DNA of 64,000 nt, taken from positions 39,892-103,891 of the forward strand of contig PAPT01000016.1 of assembly GCA_002708995.1 (NCBI GenBank), given 5' to 3'. The translations under genes were made by a program, and so were the position numbers. This DNA is from Geminicoccus sp. (GTDB lineage Bacteria; Pseudomonadota; Alphaproteobacteria; UBA7985). This document shows positions 34,849 through 44,077 of this stretch, one piece after another. The stretch's first letter is position 1. Each line of letters starts with the position of its first letter. The notes under the pieces were generated by a model. It ran no database searches and was not told the DNA's origin. It was given only the letters and a program-made list of their open reading frames with translations.

Positions 34849-37167
34849 GTGGATGACCCATCGATGAGTGAAGCATCCTTACCAAAAATAAACCTTGGCG
34901 CCGACGACGGTTCGGACGCGGATCAGGCCGACAGCACGGTTGTTGGCGTTGGCCGTAACCGCACGCTGACGCTGTTTGTCGGGGCGCTGACGGTTGTCTC
35001 GCTGCTGGTGCTGGCGTGGACCGGGTTCGAGCTGTGGCGTGGTTTCACCCCGACCCGACCGCTGGGCCGGATCGTGTCGCTGTTGTGGTTCGACATGGTG
35101 ATTCTGGTCGCACTCGGGACCTTCATCGCCGTACAGGGCTACTACACCTGGACTGACATCCGCGCCCGGCTCTCGGGCACACAGGTCTACCGGCGCGTGG
35201 TGCTGTTCCTGATTGTCGTGGCGAGCCTGCCGACCCTGGTGATCTCGCTGGTGGCGGTGCTGGTGCTGGGCTTTGGCATTCAGACCTGGTTCGGCGGCGC
35301 CGTGAGCGATGCCATCAACAGCTCACGCGACGTGGCACTGGCCTACCTCGAAGAGCACCGCGAGCGCCTCAACTATCAGGCATCGAGCGTCGCCGAACGG
35401 ATAGAAGACCTCGGCCCCAGCGCCAGCGATACCGACGACCTGCAACAGCTGCTCGACGAGGCCGTCGGCCTGCGCAGCCTATCAAGTGCCAACATCATTC
35501 AGGCCAACGGTCAGGTACTGATTACTTCCGGCCTCGCTGCGGATCAGGATTTGGGCAGCATCCCGCAGTCTTTCTTCGATCTGGCGCAGGAAATCCGCCC
35601 GGAAGCCATCGACGGGGAAACCGGCACGCAGCTGGCCCAGCGCGGGATCGATATTTCCCTGCCCGGTTCGGACGATCTGTCGATCCTGATCGCGCTGGAT
35701 ACGCCCTATCTCGCCGAGACCTACCTGCTCGCCACGATCCCGGTGCTCGAGGAAGTCGTCGCCCGGGTGGAACAGACCCAGGAAGCGGCATCGAGCTACT
35801 CCAACCTCGGACGCGCTGCCGAGCAATACCGGCTGATTTTCGGCCTGCTGTTCCTCGTGGTCGCGCTGCTGCTGGTGATCGTTGCCGGGATGGCGGGGCT
35901 GCGGTTCGCGCTGTGGCTGACGACGCCGCTGCTGGAGCTGACGCGGGCGGCGGACCGGCTGGGTTCGGGCGACCTGTCCACCCGGGTATCGGTCTCTGAC
36001 GACGCTGCAGGGGATGAGCTGACAACCCTGTCTCATACCTTTAACGGCATGGCCAACCAGATCGAGGCGCAGCAGTTCGAGCTGTTGCGGGCCACCGACG
36101 AAGCCGACCTGCGCCGTCGCTTCTCCGAGGCTGTGCTCTCCGGTGTGTCGCGGGGGGTGATCGGCCTCGACAGCGAGCTTCGCATCAACCTGCCCAACCC
36201 GCGCGCCAACAAGCTGGTCGACTTCCAGCTGGAAAAGCACGTTGGCACCCGCCTGACCGAGCTGTTCCCGGTCTTCGGTGATCTGCTGGCCCGAGCCAAG
36301 ATGGAGCCGACGACGCTGCACGCCGACGACGTGCTCTACACCCGCCCGGACGGCAAAGTGCGGACGCTGCAGACCACGGTGGTCACGGAAATGCAGGGTG
36401 AGAGCGTGCTCGGTTACGTGCTGACCTTCGATGACATCACCGATTTTCTCTCTGCCCAGCGACAGGCCGCCTGGTCAGACGTGGCGAGGCGGATTGCCCA
36501 CGAAATCAAGAACCCCCTGACCCCGATCCAGCTCTCGGCTGAGCGGCTCAAGCGCCGCTATCTCAAACAGATCGAAGACAGCCCCGAGGTGTTCCAGACC
36601 TGCACCGACACCATCATCACCCAGGTCGGCGACATCGCCCGCATGGTGGACGAATTCTCGTCGTTTGCGCGGATGCCGGCGCCGCGAGTCGATGATCATA
36701 ATCTGGTGGAAATCGCCCGGCGCGTGATCTCGCTGCAGGGCAACAGCTTCGAGGGCGTACGGCTGGTAGATCTGACCGGGCTGGAGTCGCGCGAGGTCGT
36801 CTGTGACCCGCAGTTGGTCTCGCAGTCGCTGATCAACCTGATCAAGAACGCGGCCGAGGCGCTGCAGCCTTCGATCATCGATGGCAGCGTGAGCGACGGC
36901 CTGATCCGCGTGTCGCTGCAGCAGACCGACGCGGGCGCAACGGTGCTGACCGTCAACGACAACGGCACGGGCTACCCCGCTGACCTGCTGCCCAAGCTGG
37001 CCGAGCCCTACGTCACGACCCGTGAGAAGGGCACCGGGCTGGGGCTGGCGATCGTCAAGAAGATCATGGAAGACCACGGCGGTCAGCTGCTGCTGGGCAA
37101 CGGCGACGGGCCGGACGACCTGCCCGGGGCCAAGGCGCAGATGATCTTCCCGGCACCGGCTGGGTGA
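34849..37167 (+). CDS. ntrY: Sensor histidine kinase NtrY
   Basis: 772 aa with N-terminal TM segments, HAMP and PAS domains, and H-box [19 protein letters not shown]. Start uncertain (GTG 34849 or ATG 34864). Confidence 0.92.
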   Translation: MDDPSMSEASLPKINLGADDGSDADQADSTVVGVGRNRTLTLFVGALTVVSLLVLAWTGFELWRGFTPTRPLGRIVSLLWFDMVILVALGTFIAVQGYYTWTDIRARLSGTQVYRRVVLFLIVVASLPTLVISLVAVLVLGFGIQTWFGGAVSDAINSSRDVALAYLEEHRERLNYQASSVAERIEDLGPSASDTDDLQQLLDEAVGLRSLSSANIIQANGQVLITSGLAADQDLGSIPQSFFDLAQEIRPEAIDGETGTQLAQRGIDISLPGSDDLSILIALDTPYLAETYLLATIPVLEEVVARVEQTQEAASSYSNLGRAAEQYRLIFGLLFLVVALLLVIVAGMAGLRFALWLTTPLLELTRAADRLGSGDLSTRVSVSDDAAGDELTTLSHTFNGMANQIEAQQFELLRATDEADLRRRFSEAVLSGVSRGVIGLDSELRINLPNPRANKLVDFQLEKHVGTRLTELFPVFGDLLARAKMEPTTLHADDVLYTRPDGKVRTLQTTVVTEMQGESVLGYVLTFDDITDFLSAQRQAAWSDVARRIAHEIKNPLTPIQLSAERLKRRYLKQIEDSPEVFQTCTDTIITQVGDIARMVDEFSSFARMPAPRVDDHNLVEIARRVISLQGNSFEGVRLVDLTGLESREVVCDPQLVSQSLINLIKNAAEALQPSIIDGSVSDGLIRVSLQQTDAGATVLTVNDNGTGYPADLLPKLAEPYVTTREKGTGLGLAIVKKIMEDHGGQLLLGNGDGPDDLPGAKAQMIFPAPAG

Positions 37168-37355
37168 GGTCGAATGCGGCTGGATGAGGCCGGATGGGGC
37201 CGGAAGGCATGGCTGTTACAGGAGTTTATCTTGGCAGCGTCAAATTGACTGTGGTATTGCAGCCACATTTGGGGCCGATAGCTAATTCAGGCATCTCAGG
37301 CCGGGGTCACAAACGGCGTTTCGGGGCGATGCACGAGCAACTAACTGGGTGATTG

Positions 37356-38864
37356 ATGTCCGCCGACGTACTGATCGTAGACGATGAAGCCGATATCCGC
37401 ATGCTGCTAAGCGGCATTCTGGAGGACGAGGGCTACCGGGTCCGGACTGCGCATGGTGACGCTGAGGCCCGTCGGCAGGTGGGTCTGGCCCGCCCCGATC
37501 TGATTTTTCAGGATATCTGGCTGCAGGGTTCGACCGCCGATGGTATCGCCCTGCTCGAAGAATATCAGCAGAGCATTCCCTCCACGCTGGTGATCATGAT
37601 GTCCGGTCACGGCACGATCGAGACCGCCGTGCGCGCGATTAAGCAGGGCGCTTATGACTTCGTCGAAAAGCCCTTCAACACCGACCGGCTGCTGATCCTG
37701 ATCCAGCGCGCGCTTGAGACCTCGGCGCTGAAGGCCGAAAACGCAGTGCTGCGGCAGAAGGCAGGCGAAGACACCGACCTGATCGGCGGCAGCCACGCCA
37801 TTCAGACCCTGCGTCAGACCGTCGACCGGGTGGCGCCGACCAACAGCCGCCTGATGATTTCCGGCCCGCCGGGCGCCGGCAAGGGCCTGATCGCCCGGAT
37901 GATGCACAACCAGTCCCACCGCGCCGACCAGCCGTTTATCGAGGTTCCGTGCTTCGAACTCGGCGGTGAAGAAGGTCTGGCCATGCTGTTCGGCGACGCC
38001 GGCACCGGCCAGCGCCCGCCGATGATGGGCATGATCCAGCAGGCAGACGGCGGCACGCTGCTGCTCGACGACGTGGGTGATCTCTCGCCCGACGCGCAAG
38101 CGCGGCTCGCACGGTTCCTGCACCGGGGCACGCTGACCCAGCTGGGCAGCACCACGGAAGTCAGGGCGGATGTGCGGATCATCTCGACCACGAACCGCGA
38201 CCTGAAGACGCTGATCAACGAAAGCCTGTTTCGCGAAGACCTGTACTACCGCCTGAACGTGGTCGAGGTCGAAATCCCCGGGCTGGCCAGCCGCCCGGAG
38301 GATATAGCTGATCTGGCACGGTCCTTCCTGGACCGGCTGACGGCCGAGGCGCGCAAGGAGCCGCTGGAACTCGGTGGCGACGCGCTCGCCGTGCTGCAGG
38401 CCTACCCCTGGCCAGGCAACGTGCGCCAGTTGCGCAACGTCATGGAGTGGATCGTGATCATGGCACCGCTCGAGGGCGACCGGATTGTACGCCCGAATAT
38501 GCTGCCGCCCGATATCACCAGTGAAGGCCCGGCGGTGCTGTCCGGTGCCGGGGTTGCCGATCTCATGTCCCTGCCCCTGCGCTCGGCGCGGGAGGCCTTT
38601 GAACGCCAGTATCTGGATGCGCAGGTGCTGCGCTTCGGCGGCAACATCACCCGAACAGCGAAATTCGTCGGCATGGAGCGCTCGGCGCTGCATCGCAAGC
38701 TGCGCGCGCTGGCCCAGTCCGAAGAGGACGAGGCTGCCGCTGGCCATGACGGCAGCCCTGAGGGCGGTCCCGGTGGCGGCCCTGAAGGCGGCTTGACCGA
38801 CGCCGATCCGGCCGGCGGTAGCGGCGGCAGCGGCGATACCCAGGCCTCGTCAGGGGCCGTCTGA
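37356..38864 (+). CDS. ntrX: Response regulator NtrX (AAA+ / Fis HTH, no GAFTGA loop)
   Basis: Receiver domain VLIVDDEADIR, Walker A GPPGAGKG, no GAFTGA-type motif, C-terminal HTH, then a Gly-rich tail. Confidence 0.92.
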   Translation: MSADVLIVDDEADIRMLLSGILEDEGYRVRTAHGDAEARRQVGLARPDLIFQDIWLQGSTADGIALLEEYQQSIPSTLVIMMSGHGTIETAVRAIKQGAYDFVEKPFNTDRLLILIQRALETSALKAENAVLRQKAGEDTDLIGGSHAIQTLRQTVDRVAPTNSRLMISGPPGAGKGLIARMMHNQSHRADQPFIEVPCFELGGEEGLAMLFGDAGTGQRPPMMGMIQQADGGTLLLDDVGDLSPDAQARLARFLHRGTLTQLGSTTEVRADVRIISTTNRDLKTLINESLFREDLYYRLNVVEVEIPGLASRPEDIADLARSFLDRLTAEARKEPLELGGDALAVLQAYPWPGNVRQLRNVMEWIVIMAPLEGDRIVRPNMLPPDITSEGPAVLSGAGVADLMSLPLRSAREAFERQYLDAQVLRFGGNITRTAKFVGMERSALHRKLRALAQSEEDEAAAGHDGSPEGGPGGGPEGGLTDADPAGGSGGSGDTQASSGAV

Positions 38865-38892
38865 GACCGTTTAACGGAGCGCGGGAAACATC

Positions 38893-40269
38893 ATGCGCGT
38901 AATCGTCTGTGGTGCCGGGCAGGTTGGTTCCAACATCGCCCGGTATCTGTCCCGGTTCGATACCAATGTCACGATGATTGACATTGACCCGACGTTGATC
39001 GCAGCGGCGACGACCAATCTCGACGTGCGCGGGATCGTCGGCCACGCGGGTCACCCGGACGTGCTCAAGAGCGCCGGTGCAGCCGATGCTGACCTGATCA
39101 TCGCCGTGACCCAGGTCGACGAGATCAACATGGTCGCCTGTCAGGTCGCCCATACCCTGTTTCAGGTGCCCAAGAAGATCGCTAGGGTGCGGCAGGGAAC
39201 GTATCTGCGCCCCGAGTGGCGAGACCTGTTCCAGGCCGACCACATGCCCATCGATCATATCATCGCCCCGGAGGTCGAGGTCGCTGAATCGATCCAGCGG
39301 CGGCTGGCCGTACCTGGTGCCTTTGAAGTCATTCCCATGGGCAAGGGACAGGCGGTGTTCGTCGGGGTCCGCTGCCTTGATGAAACACCGATTCTCGAAA
39401 CCCCGCTTGACCATCTGGCCGACCTGTTCCCGCAGCTGAGCATGCGCATTCTGGTGCTGGCGCGGGGGTCGGACATGCTGATCCCCACCGGTGAGGAAAA
39501 GCTGCAGGCCGGCGATGAGGTCTATTTTGTGGCGCAGGCAGATCAGGTCGAGCGCGTGCTCGCGCTGTTCGGCCACGAAGAGCAGGAAGGCCGCCGCATG
39601 GTAATCATGGGCGGCGGCAACATCGGTCTGAACCTTGCCCAGCGGCTTGAAGCCCAGAATTCGAGCCTGCGGATCAAGCTGATTGAAGTCGACAACGATC
39701 AGGCCAAGCACGCCGCCCAGCACCTGAGCCGGACCGTGGTGCTGCAGGGCGACGCGCTCGAAGCCGAGCTGATGGCCGAAGCCGGCGTGGACAAGACCGA
39801 GACGCTGGTCGCAGCCTCGAACGACGACGAGCTGAACATTCTTGCCGCCCTGCAGGCCAAACGGCTGGGGGCCGAACGCGCGGTGGCGATCGTCAACCGG
39901 CAGTCGATTTCCTCGCTGGTCGGTCAGCTGGGTATCGACGTGGTGGTCTCCCCGCGGCTGATCACCGTGTCCTCGATCCTGCGCTACGTGCGTCAGGGGC
40001 GGATCCGCGCAGTGCATTCGGTCGGGGAAGGCTTCGGCGAAATCTTTGACATCGAGGCCGCCGAGGGCGCCGAGATCACCGGCAAGACAGTGCAGAAGAT
40101 CGAAAAAGCCGGCATGCTGCTGGTCGGCGGTATCGTCCGCGACGAGGAATTCATTCCCCCCAAGCCCGAAGAAATCATCCGGCAGGGCGACCGGGTGGTG
40201 CTGCTCTCGCACTCGGACTTCGTGAAAAAGGCCGAAAAGCTGTTCTCGGTCGGCGTCGGGGTCTTCTGA
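38893..40269 (+). CDS. trkA: Trk potassium uptake system protein TrkA
   Basis: 458 aa with two RCK/NAD-binding halves (VCGAGQVGSNIA and IMGGGNIGLNLA). Confidence 0.95.
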   Translation: MRVIVCGAGQVGSNIARYLSRFDTNVTMIDIDPTLIAAATTNLDVRGIVGHAGHPDVLKSAGAADADLIIAVTQVDEINMVACQVAHTLFQVPKKIARVRQGTYLRPEWRDLFQADHMPIDHIIAPEVEVAESIQRRLAVPGAFEVIPMGKGQAVFVGVRCLDETPILETPLDHLADLFPQLSMRILVLARGSDMLIPTGEEKLQAGDEVYFVAQADQVERVLALFGHEEQEGRRMVIMGGGNIGLNLAQRLEAQNSSLRIKLIEVDNDQAKHAAQHLSRTVVLQGDALEAELMAEAGVDKTETLVAASNDDELNILAALQAKRLGAERAVAIVNRQSISSLVGQLGIDVVVSPRLITVSSILRYVRQGRIRAVHSVGEGFGEIFDIEAAEGAEITGKTVQKIEKAGMLLVGGIVRDEEFIPPKPEEIIRQGDRVVLLSHSDFVKKAEKLFSVGVGVF

Positions 40270-40507
40270 TCGGGCGCTGCCTGCATCCGGAGCTGACCGC
40301 CTCCGACCCGGTGACTTCTCCACGGCCGCTAAGGCATTTTGACCCCTGCGCACCGTTGGTCTTGGAGCACACCTAGCCCGCCCATTCGGGGCCTGCTAAA
40401 CAGACTTTGCGCCCCCTGCCCGCGCACGCGCTGGCGCACGCACGCACGGACGACGCACATGCAAATTTACACGCACACGCACACCGAAGCAGAGACGGAA
40501 TCCCACC

Positions 40508-41386
40508 ATGCCCAGAACCGCCTACGTCAACGGCCGCTATGTCCCTCACGCCCACGCCCAGGTCGGGATCGAAGACCGCGGCTATCAGTTCGCCGACGGT
40601 ATCTACGAGGTTGTGCCGGTAATCGCGGGGGCCTTCATCGACGAAGATTGGCACTGGGATCGCCTCGACCGGGGGCTGGCTGAGCTGCGCATCGACCGGC
40701 CGGTGAACCGCAAGGCGCTGAGCCTGATCGGGCGCCGGGTGGCGGGACTGAACCGGGTGCGCGACGGCTTGGTTTACGTGCAGGTCACCCGCGGCGAGGC
40801 GCCGAGGGACCATAAGTTTCCCACCAAGCCGGTTCCGCCGGCGCTGGTGGTCACCGCCCGGCACCTGCCCGTGCCCAAGGATCTGAGCGAAGCGCGGATG
40901 ATCGACGTGATCACCGGGCCGGACGAGCGCTGGGCGCGGCCGGACATCAAGAGCATCTCGCTGCTGCCCAACGTGCTGGCCAAGCAGGCTGCCGCCGAAG
41001 CCGGAGCCTACGAGACCTGGATGATCAACGCGCTGGGTGAGGTCACCGAGGGCTCGTCTGCGAACGCCTGGCTGGTCAGCCGCGATGCCGACAGCGGCCG
41101 CGTGGTGCTGCGCACGCACCCCGCCGACCGGCACGTTCTCAACGGTATTGTGCGAACGGCGCTGGTCGCCTTATCCGGGCAGCACCAGTGGCAGATCGAG
41201 GAACGGGCCTTCACGCTCGACGAGCTGCTCGCGGCCGATGAAGCCTTCCAGACGTCTTCGGGCAACATGATCCGCCCGGTGCGCAGCGTCGATGGCCGGG
41301 TGATCGGGACGGGCGAACCAGGGCCGGTGGTGCAGGAAATCCTCGATGACTTTGCCGCCCACGTCGCTGCGCAGGGCGGTGTCTAG
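40508..41386 (+). CDS. dat: D-amino-acid aminotransferase (class IV aminotransferase)
   Basis: 292 aa. YVNGRYVPHAHAQVGIEDRGYQFADGIYEV is typical of fold-type IV transaminases. Confidence 0.85.
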   Translation: MPRTAYVNGRYVPHAHAQVGIEDRGYQFADGIYEVVPVIAGAFIDEDWHWDRLDRGLAELRIDRPVNRKALSLIGRRVAGLNRVRDGLVYVQVTRGEAPRDHKFPTKPVPPALVVTARHLPVPKDLSEARMIDVITGPDERWARPDIKSISLLPNVLAKQAAAEAGAYETWMINALGEVTEGSSANAWLVSRDADSGRVVLRTHPADRHVLNGIVRTALVALSGQHQWQIEERAFTLDELLAADEAFQTSSGNMIRPVRSVDGRVIGTGEPGPVVQEILDDFAAHVAAQGGV

Positions 41387-41549
41387 CGGGTTTTCCACAG
41401 CATCAGAGCGCTTAACAATCCGAAAATTCAGTTTTATACGACGGTGCTGGCTTGATTTTCAGGCTGGCCCTGTCGCATAGTCCTGTTGCGGGAAACGCTT
41501 CCGCGTTCCGCGCCCAAGAGTGGCGATTGATCTGGTTTGACCCCCCATC

Positions 41550-41599
41550 ACCAGCGGGTTCAGCTCAGGTCGCGACCAGCGGGTTCAGCTCAGGTCGCG
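41550..41599 (+). repeat. Perfect 2 x 25-bp tandem duplication ACCAGCGGGTTCAGCTCAGGTCGCG
   Basis: Copies at 41550-41574 and 41575-41599 are identical. The junction creates the 10-bp palindrome GGTCGCGACC (41568-41577). Confidence 0.95.
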
Positions 41600-41717
41600 G
41601 CAGGTGAGAATTGGCGGGATGCTTCGGCGTCCGGCTCAAGAACAACAAGAACAACAACAGCGAACCCGGCCCAGGCGCGATTGCACGGCTTGGACGAGGC
41701 AGGGAGGTAACAAGAAT

Positions 41718-41963
41718 ATGGCCGACGCAAACAAGAACGTTCAGGACGTGTTCCTGAACCACATCCGCAAGCACAAGATTTCCGTGACCATCTTTCTGGT
41801 CAACGGCGTAAAGCTGACCGGGATTGTGACCTGGTTCGATAACTTCTCCGTGCTGCTGCGCCGGGATGCGCACGTGCAACTGGTCTACAAGCACGCGATT
41901 TCGACCATTATGCCCGCACAGCCCGTCAATCTGATGGAAGACATAGTTCCGCCCGCGGAATAA
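41718..41963 (+). CDS. hfq: RNA chaperone Hfq
   Basis: ORF 41604..41963 trimmed to [14 protein letters not shown]. Sm1/Sm2 motifs [10 protein letters not shown] and [15 protein letters not shown] lies 10 nt upstream of the ATG. Confidence 0.96.
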   Translation: MADANKNVQDVFLNHIRKHKISVTIFLVNGVKLTGIVTWFDNFSVLLRRDAHVQLVYKHAISTIMPAQPVNLMEDIVPPAE

Positions 41964-42011
41964 GCCTCTGTCCGGATTGAAAGCACGCCCGAACCAGCCT
42001 AAATCGCTGTA

Positions 42012-43442
42012 ATGCACTCATCAGAGCGCCATCAGGAAACCGCCTTCGTCATCAACGTCATGCTCCCCCGCGAGCGCGGCGCCTCGGCTGCGCGCGCGAT
42101 CGGGCGCACGGCCGAGGACAAGCTCGAGGAGGCTGTGTCGCTGACCGGCGCGATCGGGCTTGAAGTGACGGCGGCGACCACGGTCAACCTCGCCAGCATT
42201 CGCCCTTCGACCCTGATCGGCACCGGGGTGCTGGCGCAGTGGCGCGAGCGCATCGATGCCGAGCACCCGGACGTCATCATTTTCAACGCCACGCTGACAC
42301 CCGTGCAGCACCGCAACCTCGAGCGCGAGCTGCGGGCGAAGGTGCTGGACCGGACAGCGCTGATCCTCGAGATTTTCGGCGAGCGGGCACAGACCCGCGA
42401 GGGTCGGCTGCAGGTTGAGCTGGCGGCGCTGACCTTCCAGCGCTCGCGGCTGGTGCGGTCCTGGACCCACCTTGAGCGCCAGCGCGGCGGGGCAGGCTTC
42501 ATGGGCGGCCCAGGTGAATCCCAGCTCGAACTCGACCGGCGGATGCTGCTGGAGCGGATCGATAAGCTTAAGCGTGACCTGCAGGACGTGCGGCGGACGC
42601 GGGGTCTGCACCGCTCGGCGAGGGCGCGGCAGGGCGCGCACGTGGTGGCACTGGTCGGCTACACCAACGCGGGTAAGTCGACGCTTTTCAACGCCCTGAC
42701 CGGCGCGGATATCCTCGCCAAGGATATGTTGTTCGCGACCCTCGACCCGACCCTGCGGCGGTTGCGGCTGGAGAGTGGGCGCGAGCTGGTGCTGGCGGAC
42801 ACGGTGGGCTTTATCTCCGACCTGCCGCACGAGCTGGTCGATGCCTTCCGCGCGACGCTGGAAGAGGTGATCGAGGCCGACCTGATCCTGCACGTGCGCG
42901 ACGCCTCCAACCCGGAGTGGGAAGCGCAGAAGCGGGACGTGCTCGATGTGCTGCGCTCGCTGGGGCGGATCGAGCAACCCGAAGCGCCTGCCCGTCTGCC
43001 TCCGCCGGTGACAGACCCGCCGCGCGACCCGGACCTCGACGAGCCGAACGAAGAAAAGGTGAGCGGCGACACACTCGTGGATCTGGTGCCGATTATCGAG
43101 GTATGGAACAAGGTCGACCGCGAGGGCTCAGCGGCGATCATGGCCGAAGCCGAGCACGACCCGGGGTATGACCGCGCTTTTGCCGTTCTGCGGACCTCGG
43201 CTGTGGCAGGGACGGGGCTGGACGCGGTGCTAGAGACCGTTAATGCGGCGCTCGTGAACGGCGAGCAGGACCTTGAGCTTCTGATCCCTTATACGGCGGG
43301 CGGCGCACTGGCGTGGCTGCACGAATTCAGCCATGTGATCAGCCACGAGCATGAGGAAGACGGCACGCGGGCGATGGTACGGATTTCCGACGATGACTGG
43401 GGTAAGCTGCAGAAGCGGTTTCCGGATATCTCAATGGCGTGA
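42012..43442 (+). CDS. hflX: GTPase HflX
   Basis: 476 aa with G motifs GYTNAGKST, DTVGF and NKVD. Immediately downstream of hfq. Confidence 0.94.
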   Translation: MHSSERHQETAFVINVMLPRERGASAARAIGRTAEDKLEEAVSLTGAIGLEVTAATTVNLASIRPSTLIGTGVLAQWRERIDAEHPDVIIFNATLTPVQHRNLERELRAKVLDRTALILEIFGERAQTREGRLQVELAALTFQRSRLVRSWTHLERQRGGAGFMGGPGESQLELDRRMLLERIDKLKRDLQDVRRTRGLHRSARARQGAHVVALVGYTNAGKSTLFNALTGADILAKDMLFATLDPTLRRLRLESGRELVLADTVGFISDLPHELVDAFRATLEEVIEADLILHVRDASNPEWEAQKRDVLDVLRSLGRIEQPEAPARLPPPVTDPPRDPDLDEPNEEKVSGDTLVDLVPIIEVWNKVDREGSAAIMAEAEHDPGYDRAFAVLRTSAVAGTGLDAVLETVNAALVNGEQDLELLIPYTAGGALAWLHEFSHVISHEHEEDGTRAMVRISDDDWGKLQKRFPDISMA

Positions 43443-44077
43443 AATGACGGGTTGCGGGCTCGATTTGACGCCGCTTCGCGGCTTACAAATCTTCCTCGCG
43501 CAGTTAAACGGACAGGCTGCGTTAAACGCGGCCTGACGTCTTTTCGCATTTTCTATGAAAATGCGCGACGCCTTGGCGAAAACCGCGAAGCGGTCGAGAC
43601 AAGGTCGGCGCAACTTCTTTCCGCGGACACTCAACACGCTCCGCTTTGAGGGTTGCTGCATCGAGAAAATCCAGCGCGCCCACAGCGCAACGTTTTTAAG
43701 CGCAAAGGGGATACGTCGCTCACAGCCCCTTCCACAGGCTCAGGATAAACTCCGCGTGTTTAGCGCAACTGTAAGGAGGGGGGCTGCCCCTCGGCGCCGT
43801 TAAGGCCAAGCCGCCACGGGCGCGGCGGTGCTCCGCAGCCCTGACCGCGCCACACCCCGGACTTCGCCAGTCGGTCAGAAGGTCAGATTACTCTGACCTT
43901 CTGCTGTAAGAGGGAGAACGGCGTGACTCTGTCTTGGAGCTAAGAACTCCAAGGCGCTCAAAGCGAAGCGTGATGAGCGCAAAGGAAATAAGCCGCGTTT
44001 GGAGCGAATAGGAAAAGACTGTCGCGGCTGCGCTTCCGGCGCGTGACATCGCCTTTTGGCTTGCCTACACTCTGCCC

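Noticed and set aside
37232-37248. Sigma-54-like TGGCAG...TTGA in the ntrY-ntrX spacer; also TGGCAC at about 20786 upstream of eno
   Set aside because: The spacing between the GG and the second element is off by 2 or more nt relative to TGGCACG-N4-TTGC, and the -12 GC element is missing.
41604-41717. N-terminal extension of Hfq (ORF-track start at 41604, including QEQQEQQQ)
   Set aside because: The Hfq family N-terminus aligns with the Met at 41718, which has a strong AGGGAGG Shine-Dalgarno sequence. The upstream in-frame stretch is the AAC-rich leader and is unlikely to be translated.
43500-43800. CtrA (TTAA-N7-TTAAC) or DnaA boxes in the hflX-trpG spacer, that is, a replication-origin-like region
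   Set aside because: The two GTTAAACG words are separated by 14 nt rather than 7. The best DnaA-like word (CTTCCACAG) matches only 6 of 9 positions. No cluster of such sites or typical origin-flanking genes is present.
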